Assembly: GCA_963841435.1 (NCBI GenBank)
Contig: CAWJCS010000001.1
Location: 192,001 to 256,000 of the forward strand
DNA length: 64,000 nt
Origin: an uncultured delta proteobacterium
Lineage (GTDB): Bacteria; Myxococcota_A; Polyangia; Polyangiales; Polyangiaceae
Direction: 5' to 3'
Shown here: in pieces, positions 47,622 through 57,760 of the stretch
How positions within the stretch are numbered: position 1 is the first letter of the stretch
Layout: each line of letters begins with the position of its first letter
The notes under the pieces: generated by a model
The model's input: only the letters and a program-made list of their open reading frames with translations
Told to the model about the DNA's origin: nothing
Database searches by the model: none
Program-made: the position numbers and the translations under genes

Positions 47622-50570
47622 ATGCGCGGTCCAGCGAGCCGACACTACGCGCTCGGCACGCTGATCGTCGCGCTCGCTCTGTTCGTGGCGCGCCCGTCGC
47701 GCGCCGGTGATCCGTACGTTCGCTGGTACACGCTCGCGTCGCCGCACTTCCGCGTTCACTTTCACGCGGGCATCGAGCCGGTCGCGCAGAAAGTCGCGAG
47801 CGTCGCCGAGTCCGCCTACGCCCGACTCACCCCCGAGCTCGGCTTCGTCCCGCGGCGCGTCACCGAGGTCGTGCTCACCGACCAGAGCGAGTTCGCGAAC
47901 GGTGTCGCTTCGCCGCTGCCTTACCCGGCCGTCTTGCTCTACGTGACCGCGCCCGACGACATGTCGAGCCTCGGCGATTACGACGACTGGGTCACCGAGC
48001 TCGTCACCCACGAATTCACGCACATCCTGCACCTTCAGAATACGTCGGGCCTTCCAGCCGTTTACAACACGATCTTCGGGCCCACGCTCGCGCCCAACCA
48101 GGAGCAGCCGCACTGGATCATCGAGGGGCTCGCCGTGGCGATGGAGACCGAGCACACGACCGCCGGTCGTCTGCGCGGCTCGCAGTTCGACATGTTCCTG
48201 CGAGCCGACGTGCTCGAAGGGCGCATCCGTCGGCTCGACGAAATCAGCAACCTCCCGCGCCGCTATCCGGGCGCGACGCTCTGGTACCTCTACGGCGCGA
48301 AGTTCGTCGGTTGGATCGTCAGCATCTACGGGTCCGACGTGTTCAGCGCCGTCGCCACCGATTACGGCGCGCAGGTCATCCCCTACGCCGTCAATCGTTC
48401 CATCCGCCGCGCGACGGGGCGCACCTACGAGGAGCTCTACCGGGGGTTTCTCGTCAACATGGAGCGGCGCTACCGCGCGCAGGTGGCCGAGGTCGCGCGG
48501 CGCGGGCTCCGTGAAGGTCGGCGGCTCACGGCACACGGCTACGGAGCGCTCGATCCGCGCTTCGTCCCGGCGGCGTGCGGCGGCGTGCGGCGCGTCACGT
48601 ACGTGCGCGAGGACGGTGACGGCCTGCCCGGCATCTACTCGGTGCCCCTCGACGGAAAGAGCGTCGAGGGGCGCGAGGAGCTCGTGGCGCGCACGGCCGG
48701 ACGCAGCCACGCCTACGCGCCCGACTGCTCGCTCGTGTTCGACTCGATTCTGCCCTCGCGAAGGCTCTACGGCTTCAGTGATCTCGTTCGGCTCCCGCCC
48801 GGCGAGCGCTCCCCCGCGGGCACCGAGAAGAACCGTGAGCGGCTCACGACGAGCCGCCGCGCCCACGACGTCAACGTGAGCCCCGACGGGCGCTTCGTCA
48901 CGTACGTCACCAACGACCGCGGCACGACCACGCTGCGCCTCGCCGAGCTCACGGCGGACCACCGTATCGTCAACGAGCGCGCGCTCGTGCCGAGCGGCCG
49001 CTTCGAGCAAGCGTACACACCGCGCTTTTCGCCGGACGGGCGCCGCATCGCCTACGCTACTTGGACGGACGGCGGCTATCGGGACGTCCGCATCGTCGAC
49101 ATCGACGGCCGGCACCTCGTCGAGCTCTTCCACGACCGCGCCATCGACCAGCAGCCCGTCTGGTCACCCGACGGTAAGACGCTCTTTTTCACGTCCGACC
49201 GCACGGGCATCGCGAACGTCTACGCCTACGAGCTTGCCACCGGACGGCTTCGCCAGGTCACCAACGTGCGCACGGGCGCGTACATGCCGGCACCGTCGCC
49301 CGACGGAAAGACGCTGGTTTACGTGGGCTACACGAGCGACGGCTTCGACCTCTACGAGATGCCGCTCGACGAGGCGGCGTTTCTCGACGCGCTGCCCGCC
49401 TCGACCGAGCGCGCCGCGAGCGTGCCGCCCGCCTCGGGACGCTACGCCGTGGAGCCCTACGCTGCGCTTCCGACCCTCTCCCCGCGCTCGTTCCGCATCT
49501 CGTACGGCACGGGCACCTTCGGTCCAGCGCTCGACCTCTCCACGTTCGGTCAAGACGCCATCGGCCGCCATGCCTTCAACCTCGCGCTCGGCATTCAGAC
49601 GAGAACGGGCGACCTGCTCGGCTCGCTCGACTACGCCTACTACCGGTTGCCCTTCGATTTTCACGCATCGCTCTTCCGCAGTGCGGCGTATCGCGAGGAC
49701 TATCGCGTCGGCGCGGAGGCCACGCGCGTCGTGGAGCATCAGATCGGCGCGACCACGGGCGTCGGCCTCGGCGTGCCCGGCGCCTTCGACGGCCAGGGCG
49801 TGGACCTTTCGTACACGCTTGCCTACTGGAACCACGAGCGTCCCATGCCAAGGCTGCTCGATCCGGCCAGCTCCGTGCCCGTCGAGCCGCCGACGGGGGT
49901 CATCGGTATCGTCAGGCTCGCCTACGCCTACGCGAGCGCGAGCGGCACGCCCCTCGGCATCAGCCTCGAGCGCGGCCTGCGCCTCGATCTCGCCGCCGAT
50001 CTCGCCGACCCCGCCTGGGGTAGCGAAGACACGCTCACCGCGTTCTCCGGCACGCTCCGCGGTTACGTCCCCATGCCCTGGCTTCGCCACCACGTGCTCG
50101 CGCTCGCGCTCTCGGGCGGCTCCGCCGTGGGCAGCTACACGCGCTACGGCCTCTACTCCACGGGCGGCTTCACCGCAGAATCGGCCGTCAACGCCTACAC
50201 GAGCGGCGTCCGCCAGAGCGCCTTCGTGCTGCGCGGCTACGACCCGGGGCAATTCACGGGCTCGAACTACAACCTCTTGAACGTCGAATACCGCTTCCCC
50301 ATCGCGTATCCCGATCGCGGCCTCAGCACCCTGCCGCTCTTCTTGAGCACGCTGAGTGGCGCGGCGTTCTTCGACTGGGGCGGTGCTTACGATGCGATGA
50401 ATTTCCGCCACCCCGGCGAAGTGCTGCACCCTGCCGTGGGCGCCGAGCTCTGGGTCAACTTCACCCTATTTTACTTCACGGGAGCGAACCTCAGGCTCGG
50501 TGTTGCGCGCGGGCTCGATGACGAAGCGAAAGGGACGCAGGGGTATTTCGTGGCGGCATCGGGGTTTTGA
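47622..50570 (+). CDS. Outer-membrane protein: zinc-peptidase-like + TolB/PD40 propeller + Omp85 barrel
   Basis: Signal peptide; HEFTH..EGLA; repeated SPDG blades; LRGY and EYRFP Omp85 motifs; terminal F. Confidence 0.85.
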   Translation: MRGPASRHYALGTLIVALALFVARPSRAGDPYVRWYTLASPHFRVHFHAGIEPVAQKVASVAESAYARLTPELGFVPRRVTEVVLTDQSEFANGVASPLPYPAVLLYVTAPDDMSSLGDYDDWVTELVTHEFTHILHLQNTSGLPAVYNTIFGPTLAPNQEQPHWIIEGLAVAMETEHTTAGRLRGSQFDMFLRADVLEGRIRRLDEISNLPRRYPGATLWYLYGAKFVGWIVSIYGSDVFSAVATDYGAQVIPYAVNRSIRRATGRTYEELYRGFLVNMERRYRAQVAEVARRGLREGRRLTAHGYGALDPRFVPAACGGVRRVTYVREDGDGLPGIYSVPLDGKSVEGREELVARTAGRSHAYAPDCSLVFDSILPSRRLYGFSDLVRLPPGERSPAGTEKNRERLTTSRRAHDVNVSPDGRFVTYVTNDRGTTTLRLAELTADHRIVNERALVPSGRFEQAYTPRFSPDGRRIAYATWTDGGYRDVRIVDIDGRHLVELFHDRAIDQQPVWSPDGKTLFFTSDRTGIANVYAYELATGRLRQVTNVRTGAYMPAPSPDGKTLVYVGYTSDGFDLYEMPLDEAAFLDALPASTERAASVPPASGRYAVEPYAALPTLSPRSFRISYGTGTFGPALDLSTFGQDAIGRHAFNLALGIQTRTGDLLGSLDYAYYRLPFDFHASLFRSAAYREDYRVGAEATRVVEHQIGATTGVGLGVPGAFDGQGVDLSYTLAYWNHERPMPRLLDPASSVPVEPPTGVIGIVRLAYAYASASGTPLGISLERGLRLDLAADLADPAWGSEDTLTAFSGTLRGYVPMPWLRHHVLALALSGGSAVGSYTRYGLYSTGGFTAESAVNAYTSGVRQSAFVLRGYDPGQFTGSNYNLLNVEYRFPIAYPDRGLSTLPLFLSTLSGAAFFDWGGAYDAMNFRHPGEVLHPAVGAELWVNFTLFYFTGANLRLGVARGLDDEAKGTQGYFVAASGF

Positions 50571-50729
50571 GACAAGCGAAGGTCCTCGGAGTATTTCCGT
50601 GCGTCGGATGCAGAAGTGGCGGCCGAAGTGACTCGGCAGCTCGTCGCGGTGCGGTGGAAGGGACGCCCTTGCGGAGCGGGGGCTTCTGAAGGACTATCAC
50701 CGCGGCTTTCTCTGACTAACGGGTGCACC

Positions 50730-52592
50730 ATGAGGGATTCCTTGCTTCGGTTTCGGGTACGTTTGTCTTCTGCGCTCGCCCTGTGCGGCGTCCTTGCAGC
50801 GACCGGCAGCGCCTTCGCGACGGCGCCCGCCGCGCCGCCTTTGGCGTGCGGCACGCCGGTCACGTCCACGATCGACGGGGAGACCGGGGCGATCGCCGAC
50901 TACGCGACGACGACCTACGACGTCGTGGTTTCGGGTCTGCCCACGCTGCTCTGGGACCTCGAGGCGACCACCTCGATCACGCACCCGTTCAATGCGGATC
51001 TCGAGATCGTGCTGACGTCGCCGTCGGGCACCGTCGTCGCGCTCAGCACCAACAACGGTGGCGGTGCGGACGACGTTTTCAACGGCACGTTGTGGGACGA
51101 CCAGGCGAACCCCGGGGGTCAGGTGCCCTACTCGTCGAATGCGGGGCTTGCTTCGGATCACCCCTACGTCGATGCCCAGGTGGCGACGCCACTCGCGCCC
51201 GAAGGTGCCATGGGCGCGTTCATCGGCGAAGATCCGAATGGGACGTGGACGCTCTCGATCTCCGACGACGAAGCAGCCGACACAGGCAACCTTTCGGCGT
51301 TCGCGCTGCATTTCGTGGCGCTCGATGACGAGATCGTCGCCACCGGGTCGAGCTTTCAGAGCTCCGCGGTCGTCGCGATCCCGACGTCGATCGCCACCGT
51401 CAGCTCGACGCTCGACGCTACGGGGCTGACGAACCCCATCTGTGATGTGAATGTGGTCACCCACATCACGCACACGTACGCGAGCGACCTCGACATCACC
51501 GTCACCTCCCCCACGGGCACGGTCGTGACGCTCACCACCGACAACGGCGCGGGGAACGACGACGTTTTCGACGGCACGCTGTGGGACGACAGCGCGACGG
51601 CGCACGTGCGAACCGCGACCTACGCGAACGGCGTGGCACAGGCCGCGCTCTCGCCCGAGGAAGGCCTCGCGGCGTTCATCGGCGAGGCCGGCAACGGAAC
51701 CTGGACGCTCACCATCAGCGACGACTCGGGGGGCGACGGCGGTGAGCTCGCAGGCTGGGAGCTCCAGCTCGACACCTGCGAGGGGATGGATACCGACTCC
51801 GACGGCGAGGGCGACCTCTGCGACAATTGCCCCACCGTGGCCAACGCAGGCCAGGAAGACACCGACTCCGACGGCGAGGGTGACGCCTGCGACTGCGGCG
51901 ACGGACAGGTCGTCGCGGGGGAAGCGTGCGACGACGGCAATCAGACGAGCTGCGACGGCTGCCGCGCGGATTGCTCGGCTGTCGAGACCGGCTGCGGTGA
52001 CGGCTTCGTCTGCGGCACCGAGACGTGCGACGACGGCAACGGCACGAGCGGTGACGGCTGCGATGCGAACTGCACGCCGACCGGCTGTGGTAACGGCATC
52101 GTCACCGCGGGGGAGGACTGCGACGACGGCAACACGACCGATGGCGACGGCTGCGACTCGAGCTGCATGATCGAGCTACCGACCGCGGCAGGCGGCGCGG
52201 GCGGCGAAGCCGGCGAGCCCGGCACTGGCGGCTCCAGTGCAACGAGCGGCAGCGGTGGTGGCACCGTCGTCGGCGAAAGCGGCGCGGCCGGCGAGGGTGG
52301 CGCGCCCGGAGCCGGCGGCACGTCCACGACGGGCGGCACGTCCACGACGGGCGGCACGTCCACGACGGGCGGCAGTGGTGGTCGCGGCGGCTCGGCTTCG
52401 GGCGGTGTCGCGGGCTCCGCGGGCACGGCGGGCTCCGCAGGCGCACGTCCCTCGGCGACGCCCAAGGACGAAGGTGGTTGCTCCTGTCGCGTGCCGGCTC
52501 ACTCGCAGAGCGAACGCGGGTGGCTCTTCGCGACCGCTCTGCTCGCGCTTGGCCTTTTAGGGCGGCGAAGGCGCGCGCCCCGCGCGCGCTGA
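50730..52592 (+). CDS. Surface protein: two proprotein-convertase P domains, TSP3-like and DUF4215-like Cys repeats, MYXO-CTERM-like tail
   Basis: ITH..DL...LTSP.GT..GTWTL.ISD twice; DSDGEGDLCDNCP; CGDG..E.CDDGN x3; GGCSCRV..TM..RRRR. Confidence 0.88.
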   Translation: MRDSLLRFRVRLSSALALCGVLAATGSAFATAPAAPPLACGTPVTSTIDGETGAIADYATTTYDVVVSGLPTLLWDLEATTSITHPFNADLEIVLTSPSGTVVALSTNNGGGADDVFNGTLWDDQANPGGQVPYSSNAGLASDHPYVDAQVATPLAPEGAMGAFIGEDPNGTWTLSISDDEAADTGNLSAFALHFVALDDEIVATGSSFQSSAVVAIPTSIATVSSTLDATGLTNPICDVNVVTHITHTYASDLDITVTSPTGTVVTLTTDNGAGNDDVFDGTLWDDSATAHVRTATYANGVAQAALSPEEGLAAFIGEAGNGTWTLTISDDSGGDGGELAGWELQLDTCEGMDTDSDGEGDLCDNCPTVANAGQEDTDSDGEGDACDCGDGQVVAGEACDDGNQTSCDGCRADCSAVETGCGDGFVCGTETCDDGNGTSGDGCDANCTPTGCGNGIVTAGEDCDDGNTTDGDGCDSSCMIELPTAAGGAGGEAGEPGTGGSSATSGSGGGTVVGESGAAGEGGAPGAGGTSTTGGTSTTGGTSTTGGSGGRGGSASGGVAGSAGTAGSAGARPSATPKDEGGCSCRVPAHSQSERGWLFATALLALGLLGRRRRAPRAR

Positions 52593-52607
52593 CTTCGCGC
52601 GAGAACA

Positions 52608-52816
52608 CGCTGCGGGCGCCGTCGCCCGCAGCGCCAAAAGAATCACCCATGGCATGCCTGGCTCGGCATGCGTAAGAAGGTCATGCCCGCAGGCGGACAC
52701 GAGAAGGGTGCGGTGCATCCCCTTTCCGTGACCGCCTGCGGACACCAACCGCGCGTTCGCTCGGGGGACGCGCGTTGGAAACCTGAAAGGGACCACGGCG
52801 GGGTCCGTCCCGCCGT
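52608..52816. other. Intergenic element with six consecutive hairpins; candidate structured RNA or repeat element
   Basis: Stems at 52608-52633, 52652-52671, 52687-52741, 52745-52778, 52782-52791, 52795-52816. Confidence 0.45.
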
Positions 52817-52826
52817 CGTCGGCGCT

Positions 52827-52858
52827 CCGTTCGCCCGTTCGCCCGTTCGCCCGTTCGC
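52827..52858. repeat. Perfect tandem repeat, 8 bp x4 (CCGTTCGC)
   Basis: Read directly; intergenic, upstream of the MarR gene. Confidence 0.95.
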
Positions 52859-52898
52859 CCGCTTGTCGCGGGGCGTCTCTGGTGCGGCGCTCGATATA

Positions 52899-52912
52899 GT
52901 TGCGAACGCAAC
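52899..52912. promoter_or_regulatory. Palindrome GTTGCG-AA-CGCAAC, probable MarR operator
   Basis: Perfect inverted repeat about 45 bp before the MarR start, next to a -10-like TACCAT. Confidence 0.65.
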
Positions 52913-52956
52913 CAAGTGGTACCATGCTGGGAGAGTCGCCCAGGGGGCGATGCACC

Positions 52957-53451
52957 ATGCCCAAAGCTCACGTTCGCCCGGTTCGTTCGGCCCATGACGC
53001 GCAGCGTCTGCGCGCCCTCGTTCAGACGTTCGTGCGGGGCTTCGGTCTGCTCGTCACGCGGGAGACACCCTGCGGGCACGCCGTGTCGCCGTCCTACGCA
53101 CACGGTCTGATGGTGCTGCTCGAGCGCACCGCGCGAAACCAGCGCACGTTGCAGTCGGACCTCGGTGGGGCGCTCGGAATCGACAAGAGCAACGTCACGC
53201 GTCTCTGCGCGCGGATGGAAGCCGCAGGCCACGCCGTGCAGGAGCGCTCACCGGTCGACGGTCGCGCGCGCCTCGTTCGCCTCACGAGCGCCGGCGCGCG
53301 CCTGGCCCGCCGCATCGAGCGTTCGAGCCTTCATCGTTTCGAGCACCTCGTCGGCGGCGTCGCGTCCCAGAGGCGGCGCGGGCTCTTCGCATCGCTCGAG
53401 CTCCTGAACGCCGCGCTCGAAACGCTCCCCCATCGAGACGACGCGTCATGA
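52957..53451 (+). CDS. MarR-family transcriptional regulator
   Basis: LGIDKSNVTRLCARME..DGRARLVRLTSAG. Confidence 0.92.
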   Translation: MPKAHVRPVRSAHDAQRLRALVQTFVRGFGLLVTRETPCGHAVSPSYAHGLMVLLERTARNQRTLQSDLGGALGIDKSNVTRLCARMEAAGHAVQERSPVDGRARLVRLTSAGARLARRIERSSLHRFEHLVGGVASQRRRGLFASLELLNAALETLPHRDDAS

Positions 53452-54077
53452 TGGGTCGCCTGACGCTGCTCGGCGCGGCAATCGCCGCTCTCCTTTCGGC
53501 CTGTCAGTCGCGCTCGGACGCGCCGCCCGCCGCGAGCGTCGCGCCATCGGCGCCCGACGCTCGCAGGGTGCCGTCGGTTCCGGCGCCGGCCTCCGCTGCG
53601 CGACCATCCGGCGTTTCGGCACACGCCGCGCTCGACGCGATGGACGAGCGCGTCGCCGTGCCCCTCTTGCCCATGATGGCGCACCACCAAAAACAAAACA
53701 TGCGCGACCATCTCCTCGCGGTGCAACAGATCGTCGAGGGGCTTTCCGCCAAGGACTATCCAGCCGTCGAAGCGGCGGCCCGGCGCATCGGCTTCTCGGA
53801 GCAGATGGGCCAGATGTGCACGCACATGGGCGCCGGCGCGCCGGGCTTCACCGAACGGGCGCTGGACTTTCACCATACGGCGGACGGTATCGCGGATGCC
53901 GCGAGGAGTCGGGATGCGGATGCCGTCCTCCGCGCCCTCACGAAAACGCTCGCGACCTGCACCGACTGCCACGCATCGTTCAAACAGCGCGTCGTCGACG
54001 AGGCGGCCTTCGCCGACGCCGTGCAGGCAGCTCGGCCCCCTGGGTCGTCCGCCGCTCCGCTCCCGCCGCACGGGTGA
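53448..54077 (+). CDS. Cytochrome c'-like lipoprotein (single C-terminal CxxCH)
   Basis: Lipobox LLSAC; four-helix pattern; CTDCH near the end; ATGA overlap with MarR. Confidence 0.8.
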   Translation: MMGRLTLLGAAIAALLSACQSRSDAPPAASVAPSAPDARRVPSVPAPASAARPSGVSAHAALDAMDERVAVPLLPMMAHHQKQNMRDHLLAVQQIVEGLSAKDYPAVEAAARRIGFSEQMGQMCTHMGAGAPGFTERALDFHHTADGIADAARSRDADAVLRALTKTLATCTDCHASFKQRVVDEAAFADAVQAARPPGSSAAPLPPHG

Positions 54078-54382
54078 TGCTCTGCCATCGCAGGCGCGGG
54101 CGCACGCACGCAGCCGCTCGGGTCGCCGTTCCAGTCGTCCGCGCGCTGGTCTTGTCCGTCCGCGGGATGGTTGGCCGGTTCGCAGGAGGCTTGGCCCATG
54201 GGCATTGTTCGGCTCGTGGCCGGACGACTACATGCGGCGGCTCGGGCTCGGTGCCGACGCTTCCCGCTACTACTACACGTGGGGCGTCACGATTGGCGGC
54301 TGGCATCCGCGCAACACCTACCCACCACCCGAGACACCTTAGTACGACTCTGCCGGTGCCGGCGTTCTCTTCGAGAGGCGCC

Positions 54383-55582
54383 TCACTGGCACAGGGGGCA
54401 ACCGATGGGGCAGGTGCCCGTGTCGCTCGGCGCGCTGCAGCTCGGGCCGCCGGTGGGGCCGGGGCCCGGCACGATGCAGCAGATCTCGCCCTGGGCGCAG
54501 CACTCGCTGCCGCAGCAGGAGGCCGAGGCGGTGCACATGTTGGTTATGTCGCACGGATTCGCCTTGCAGGTGCCAACGTCGCAGAAGGGGGTCGCACCCG
54601 AGCAGGCATGTCCGCACGCTCCGCAATTCCGAGGGTCGTTGATCGTGAGGACGCACGCGTCGCCGCAGCACGTGAGGCCCTGCTGTTGGCAATTTTCGGC
54701 GCATTTTGGTGCGGGTCGAACGCCGCAGTGACCGGTGCTCGTGCAATAGGCCTCGACCTCCGTCGGGTAGACGGGCGCGCACTCGGCGCACGCCTGATTC
54801 GAGTCGCACACGTAGCCGCTGTATTGGGCCTCCTGGTCTCCTGCGATGGCGATGAGGTCGGTCGGCGCCGTCGAGCCACCACACTCGCAACAGGCCGACA
54901 CGCGCAGGCGGCAGTCGCCGTCAACGCGGCACGCCGTCACCGGGTCGTCGCGCAGATCGAGCTCGGCGCACACGTTGCCCATGCACGTGGCGAGGAGGTT
55001 GGGATTGTTCGCCTGCACGCAGGCCGGGCAGGGGACCGGTTCGGGGCACAACTGCGTGCGGTAGTCGTCGAAGCTCGCTTGGTTGATGGGATCGACATCA
55101 TCGAGCGTCGGGGAGCCGCAGACGCCGCAGCACGTGTTGGCCGCGAGCATGCATTCCGAATTCTCCTCGCAGGACATCCAATTGCCGGTGCCGCCCATGC
55201 CCCCCATGCCGGCCGTCCCGGTGCCGCCGGAGTTGCCGCCGCCAGCGCTGCCGCCCGTCGCCGTGCCGCCCGTGCCGCCAGTTGCCGTACCACCGGTGCC
55301 CGTGCCACCGGTTGCCGTACCACCGGTGCCCGTGCCGCCCGTCGCCGTGCCGCCAGTGCTCGTGCCGCCCGTCGCCGTGCCGCCCGTGCTCGTGCCGCCC
55401 GTGCTCGTGCCGCCCGTGCCCGTGCCGCCAGCACCCTTTCCGCCGGAAGCGCTCGAGCCACCCGACGCGCTCGAGCCGCTCTCGCCCCCTTGGGCATCGC
55501 CCTCACCGAACCTGGAGTGCCCGCAGGCGAAGAGCACCGTCACCCCGACCACGGCGAGCGCGGTCAGGCGACGGAGGGTCAT
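54383..55582 (-). CDS. Gly/Thr-rich, Cys-rich lipoprotein
   Basis: Lipobox VLFAC; GGT(A/S/G)T repeats; Cys-rich repeats; DPRNCGACGHAC motif. Confidence 0.8.
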   Translation of the reverse strand: MTLRRLTALAVVGVTVLFACGHSRFGEGDAQGGESGSSASGGSSASGGKGAGGTGTGGTSTGGTSTGGTATGGTSTGGTATGGTGTGGTATGGTGTGGTATGGTGGTATGGSAGGGNSGGTGTAGMGGMGGTGNWMSCEENSECMLAANTCCGVCGSPTLDDVDPINQASFDDYRTQLCPEPVPCPACVQANNPNLLATCMGNVCAELDLRDDPVTACRVDGDCRLRVSACCECGGSTAPTDLIAIAGDQEAQYSGYVCDSNQACAECAPVYPTEVEAYCTSTGHCGVRPAPKCAENCQQQGLTCCGDACVLTINDPRNCGACGHACSGATPFCDVGTCKANPCDITNMCTASASCCGSECCAQGEICCIVPGPGPTGGPSCSAPSDTGTCPIGCPLCQ

Positions 55583-55677
55583 CCGTTCGTTCGAGCCGGT
55601 CACTTGATGCCCACCAACACCCATCTCCCCAGTTTTCACCAGGGAGCGGCGCCGCGCAAGCCGGCGTCAGCCAGGGC

Positions 55678-56652
55678 TCACGCCGCGTGGGCCTTTTTGA
55701 TCTCGGCTTCCGCGTAGGCTTCGAGCTTGCGGGCGTCGGCGTTGAAGATGCGGATGCCTTCCGAGAGCTTGTCGGACGCCATGGCGTCTTCGTTGTGGAG
55801 CCAGCGGAAGGTTTTCTCGTCGAGCGAAATGCGCTCCACGTCGCTTGCCTTGGCCTTTTCCACCGTGAGCCGCGGCGTCACCTCGCCCTCGGCCGTGCGG
55901 AGCTTCTCGAGCAGATCCGGGCTGATGGTCAAAAGGTCCGAGCCCGCGAGCTCGATCACCTGCTCGACCTTGCGGAAGCTCGCGCCCATCACCTGCGTCT
56001 TGTAGTCGAACTTCTTGTAGTAGGTGTAGATGCGTCGGACGCTCTCGACACCTGGGTCTTGTTCGATCGGAATGTCGCTGACGTTCTTCGACTTCTTGTA
56101 CCAGTCGTAGATGCGGCCCACGAAGGGCGAGATGAGCGTCACCTTCGCCTCGGCGCACGCCACGGCCTGCGCGAAGCTGAAGAGCAGCGTCAGGTTGCAG
56201 TGAATGCCCTCCTTCTCGAGCACCTCCGCCGCGCGGATGCCCTCCCACGTACTGCCGAGCTTGATCAGGATGCGCTCGCGCGACACGCCGCCCTTCTCGT
56301 AAAGGCCGATGAGCTCGCGTGCCTTCTGAATGCTGCCCTCGGTGTCGAAGCTGAGCGTCGCGTTGACCTCGGTCGAGACGCGGCCGGGGATGAGCTTCAG
56401 GATCTCGCTGCCGAAGTTCACGGCGAGCTTGTCCATGAAGGCGCTCGTGACCTTGGCCTTGCCGCCACCCTGCTTGCCGGCGTGGGCGAGCGCCTCGTCG
56501 ACGAGCGGCTTGTACTTCGGCATCTGCGCCGCCTTCGCGAGCAGTGACGGGTTCGTGGTCGCGTCCTGGGGCGCGTACTTGGCGAGCGCCTCGATGTCGC
56601 CGGTATCGGCGACGACGGTGGTGACTTTGCGCAACGATTCGAGCTGTGACAT
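55678..56652 (-). CDS. tal: Transaldolase
   Basis: [48 protein letters not shown]. Confidence 0.96.
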   Translation of the reverse strand: MSQLESLRKVTTVVADTGDIEALAKYAPQDATTNPSLLAKAAQMPKYKPLVDEALAHAGKQGGGKAKVTSAFMDKLAVNFGSEILKLIPGRVSTEVNATLSFDTEGSIQKARELIGLYEKGGVSRERILIKLGSTWEGIRAAEVLEKEGIHCNLTLLFSFAQAVACAEAKVTLISPFVGRIYDWYKKSKNVSDIPIEQDPGVESVRRIYTYYKKFDYKTQVMGASFRKVEQVIELAGSDLLTISPDLLEKLRTAEGEVTPRLTVEKAKASDVERISLDEKTFRWLHNEDAMASDKLSEGIRIFNADARKLEAYAEAEIKKAHAA

Positions 56653-56716
56653 CGGGTTCGTCCCTTCGCTTCCGTGAGTTTTCCGATCCTGCTCCCGGTG
56701 CACGGCCGACGCAAGG

Positions 56717-57760
56717 TTACCCGGGCTCGGCCGCCCAGACCTTCCAGGGAGGCACGTAGCGCGTGCCGAGGTTCAAGATACGCTGGAGCAGCGGCGCGTA
56801 CGTGATGCCGGCCTTGTGGGCGGACTCGGCAAAATCCTCGCCGTAGGAAAGGTTCGGATTCGGGTTCGCTTCGAGCACGTAAACGCGGCCGTCCGCCGTC
56901 AGCCGAAGGTCGATGCGAGCGTAGCCGCTGAGCTCGAGGATGCGATACAGGCGCTTGCAGATGCGCGCGATGCGCTGGGCCGCGCCGTCCGGCAGGTTCG
57001 TCGCCGGTCCCGTGCGGATGCCGTGACGTTTTTGATAGCTCGGGCTCCATTTCACGCGTGCCGTGGCAATCGGCACGGCATCGGGAGCCATGTCCTGGAA
57101 GAACATCTCCCAGATGGGAAAGCTCTCGAGTCGCTCGTTGCCCATCACGCCGACGTAGAGCTCGCGCCCCTCGATGAATTCCTCGGCGATGGCATCGGTG
57201 CCGATACTTTCGTGAATGAAACCGACGCGCTCGGCGAGCTTTTCGTCGTTGTGCACGAGCGACGCCTGCGAGATCCCGAGCGAGCCCTCTTCGGTCACCG
57301 ACTTCACGATCAGCGGGAAGTCGAGGCGCCGTGGACGCTTCACCACCCGCTTCATGGGAAACACGGAGAAGTCGGGAACCTGGATGCGATGGTACGTCAG
57401 GATCTTCTTCGAGAGCGCCTTGTCGCGCGCGAGCATGAGGCCGCGCGGATTGCAGCCCGTGTACGCGCGCCTCAAGAGCTCGAGGTACGCGACGACGTGC
57501 TGGTCGTACGTCGCGACGCCGTGGAACTCCTCGAGCAGGTTGAAGGCGATGTCCGGCTTGAACTCCTCGACGGCGCGGCGCAAAACCGCGAGATCGTCGC
57601 TCAAACCGAGCGCGTGGGTCTCGTGCCCGAGCTCCTCGAGGCCGTCGAGCACGTCGAGCTCGCATTTGTAGGGCGGGGGCTCCTTCCAGGCACGCTTGCC
57701 GGCGTTTTCCGGTGGCACGAGGTCCACGTGCATGAGGGCGAGCACGCGCAGGCGTTTCAT
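56717..57760 (-). CDS. D-Ala-D-Ala-ligase-like ATP-grasp amidoligase
   Basis: [50 protein letters not shown]; lacks the Ddl GGxSxEH and HGxxGEDG motifs. Confidence 0.85.
   Translation of the reverse strand: MKRLRVLALMHVDLVPPENAGKRAWKEPPPYKCELDVLDGLEELGHETHALGLSDDLAVLRRAVEEFKPDIAFNLLEEFHGVATYDQHVVAYLELLRRAYTGCNPRGLMLARDKALSKKILTYHRIQVPDFSVFPMKRVVKRPRRLDFPLIVKSVTEEGSLGISQASLVHNDEKLAERVGFIHESIGTDAIAEEFIEGRELYVGVMGNERLESFPIWEMFFQDMAPDAVPIATARVKWSPSYQKRHGIRTGPATNLPDGAAQRIARICKRLYRILELSGYARIDLRLTADGRVYVLEANPNPNLSYGEDFAESAHKAGITYAPLLQRILNLGTRYVPPWKVWAAEPG

Noticed and set aside
52608-52816. Retron msr-msd, hammerhead ribozyme or c-di-GMP/glycine riboswitch
   Set aside because: No reverse transcriptase nearby and the conserved cores (for example CUGANGA) were not found. 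Kept only as an unassigned structured element.
55250-55430. GGTxT and similar Gly-rich repeats as a special repeat system (also 3950-4330, 35470-35790, 52313-52373)
   Set aside because: Ordinary low-complexity linkers of myxobacterial lipoproteins.
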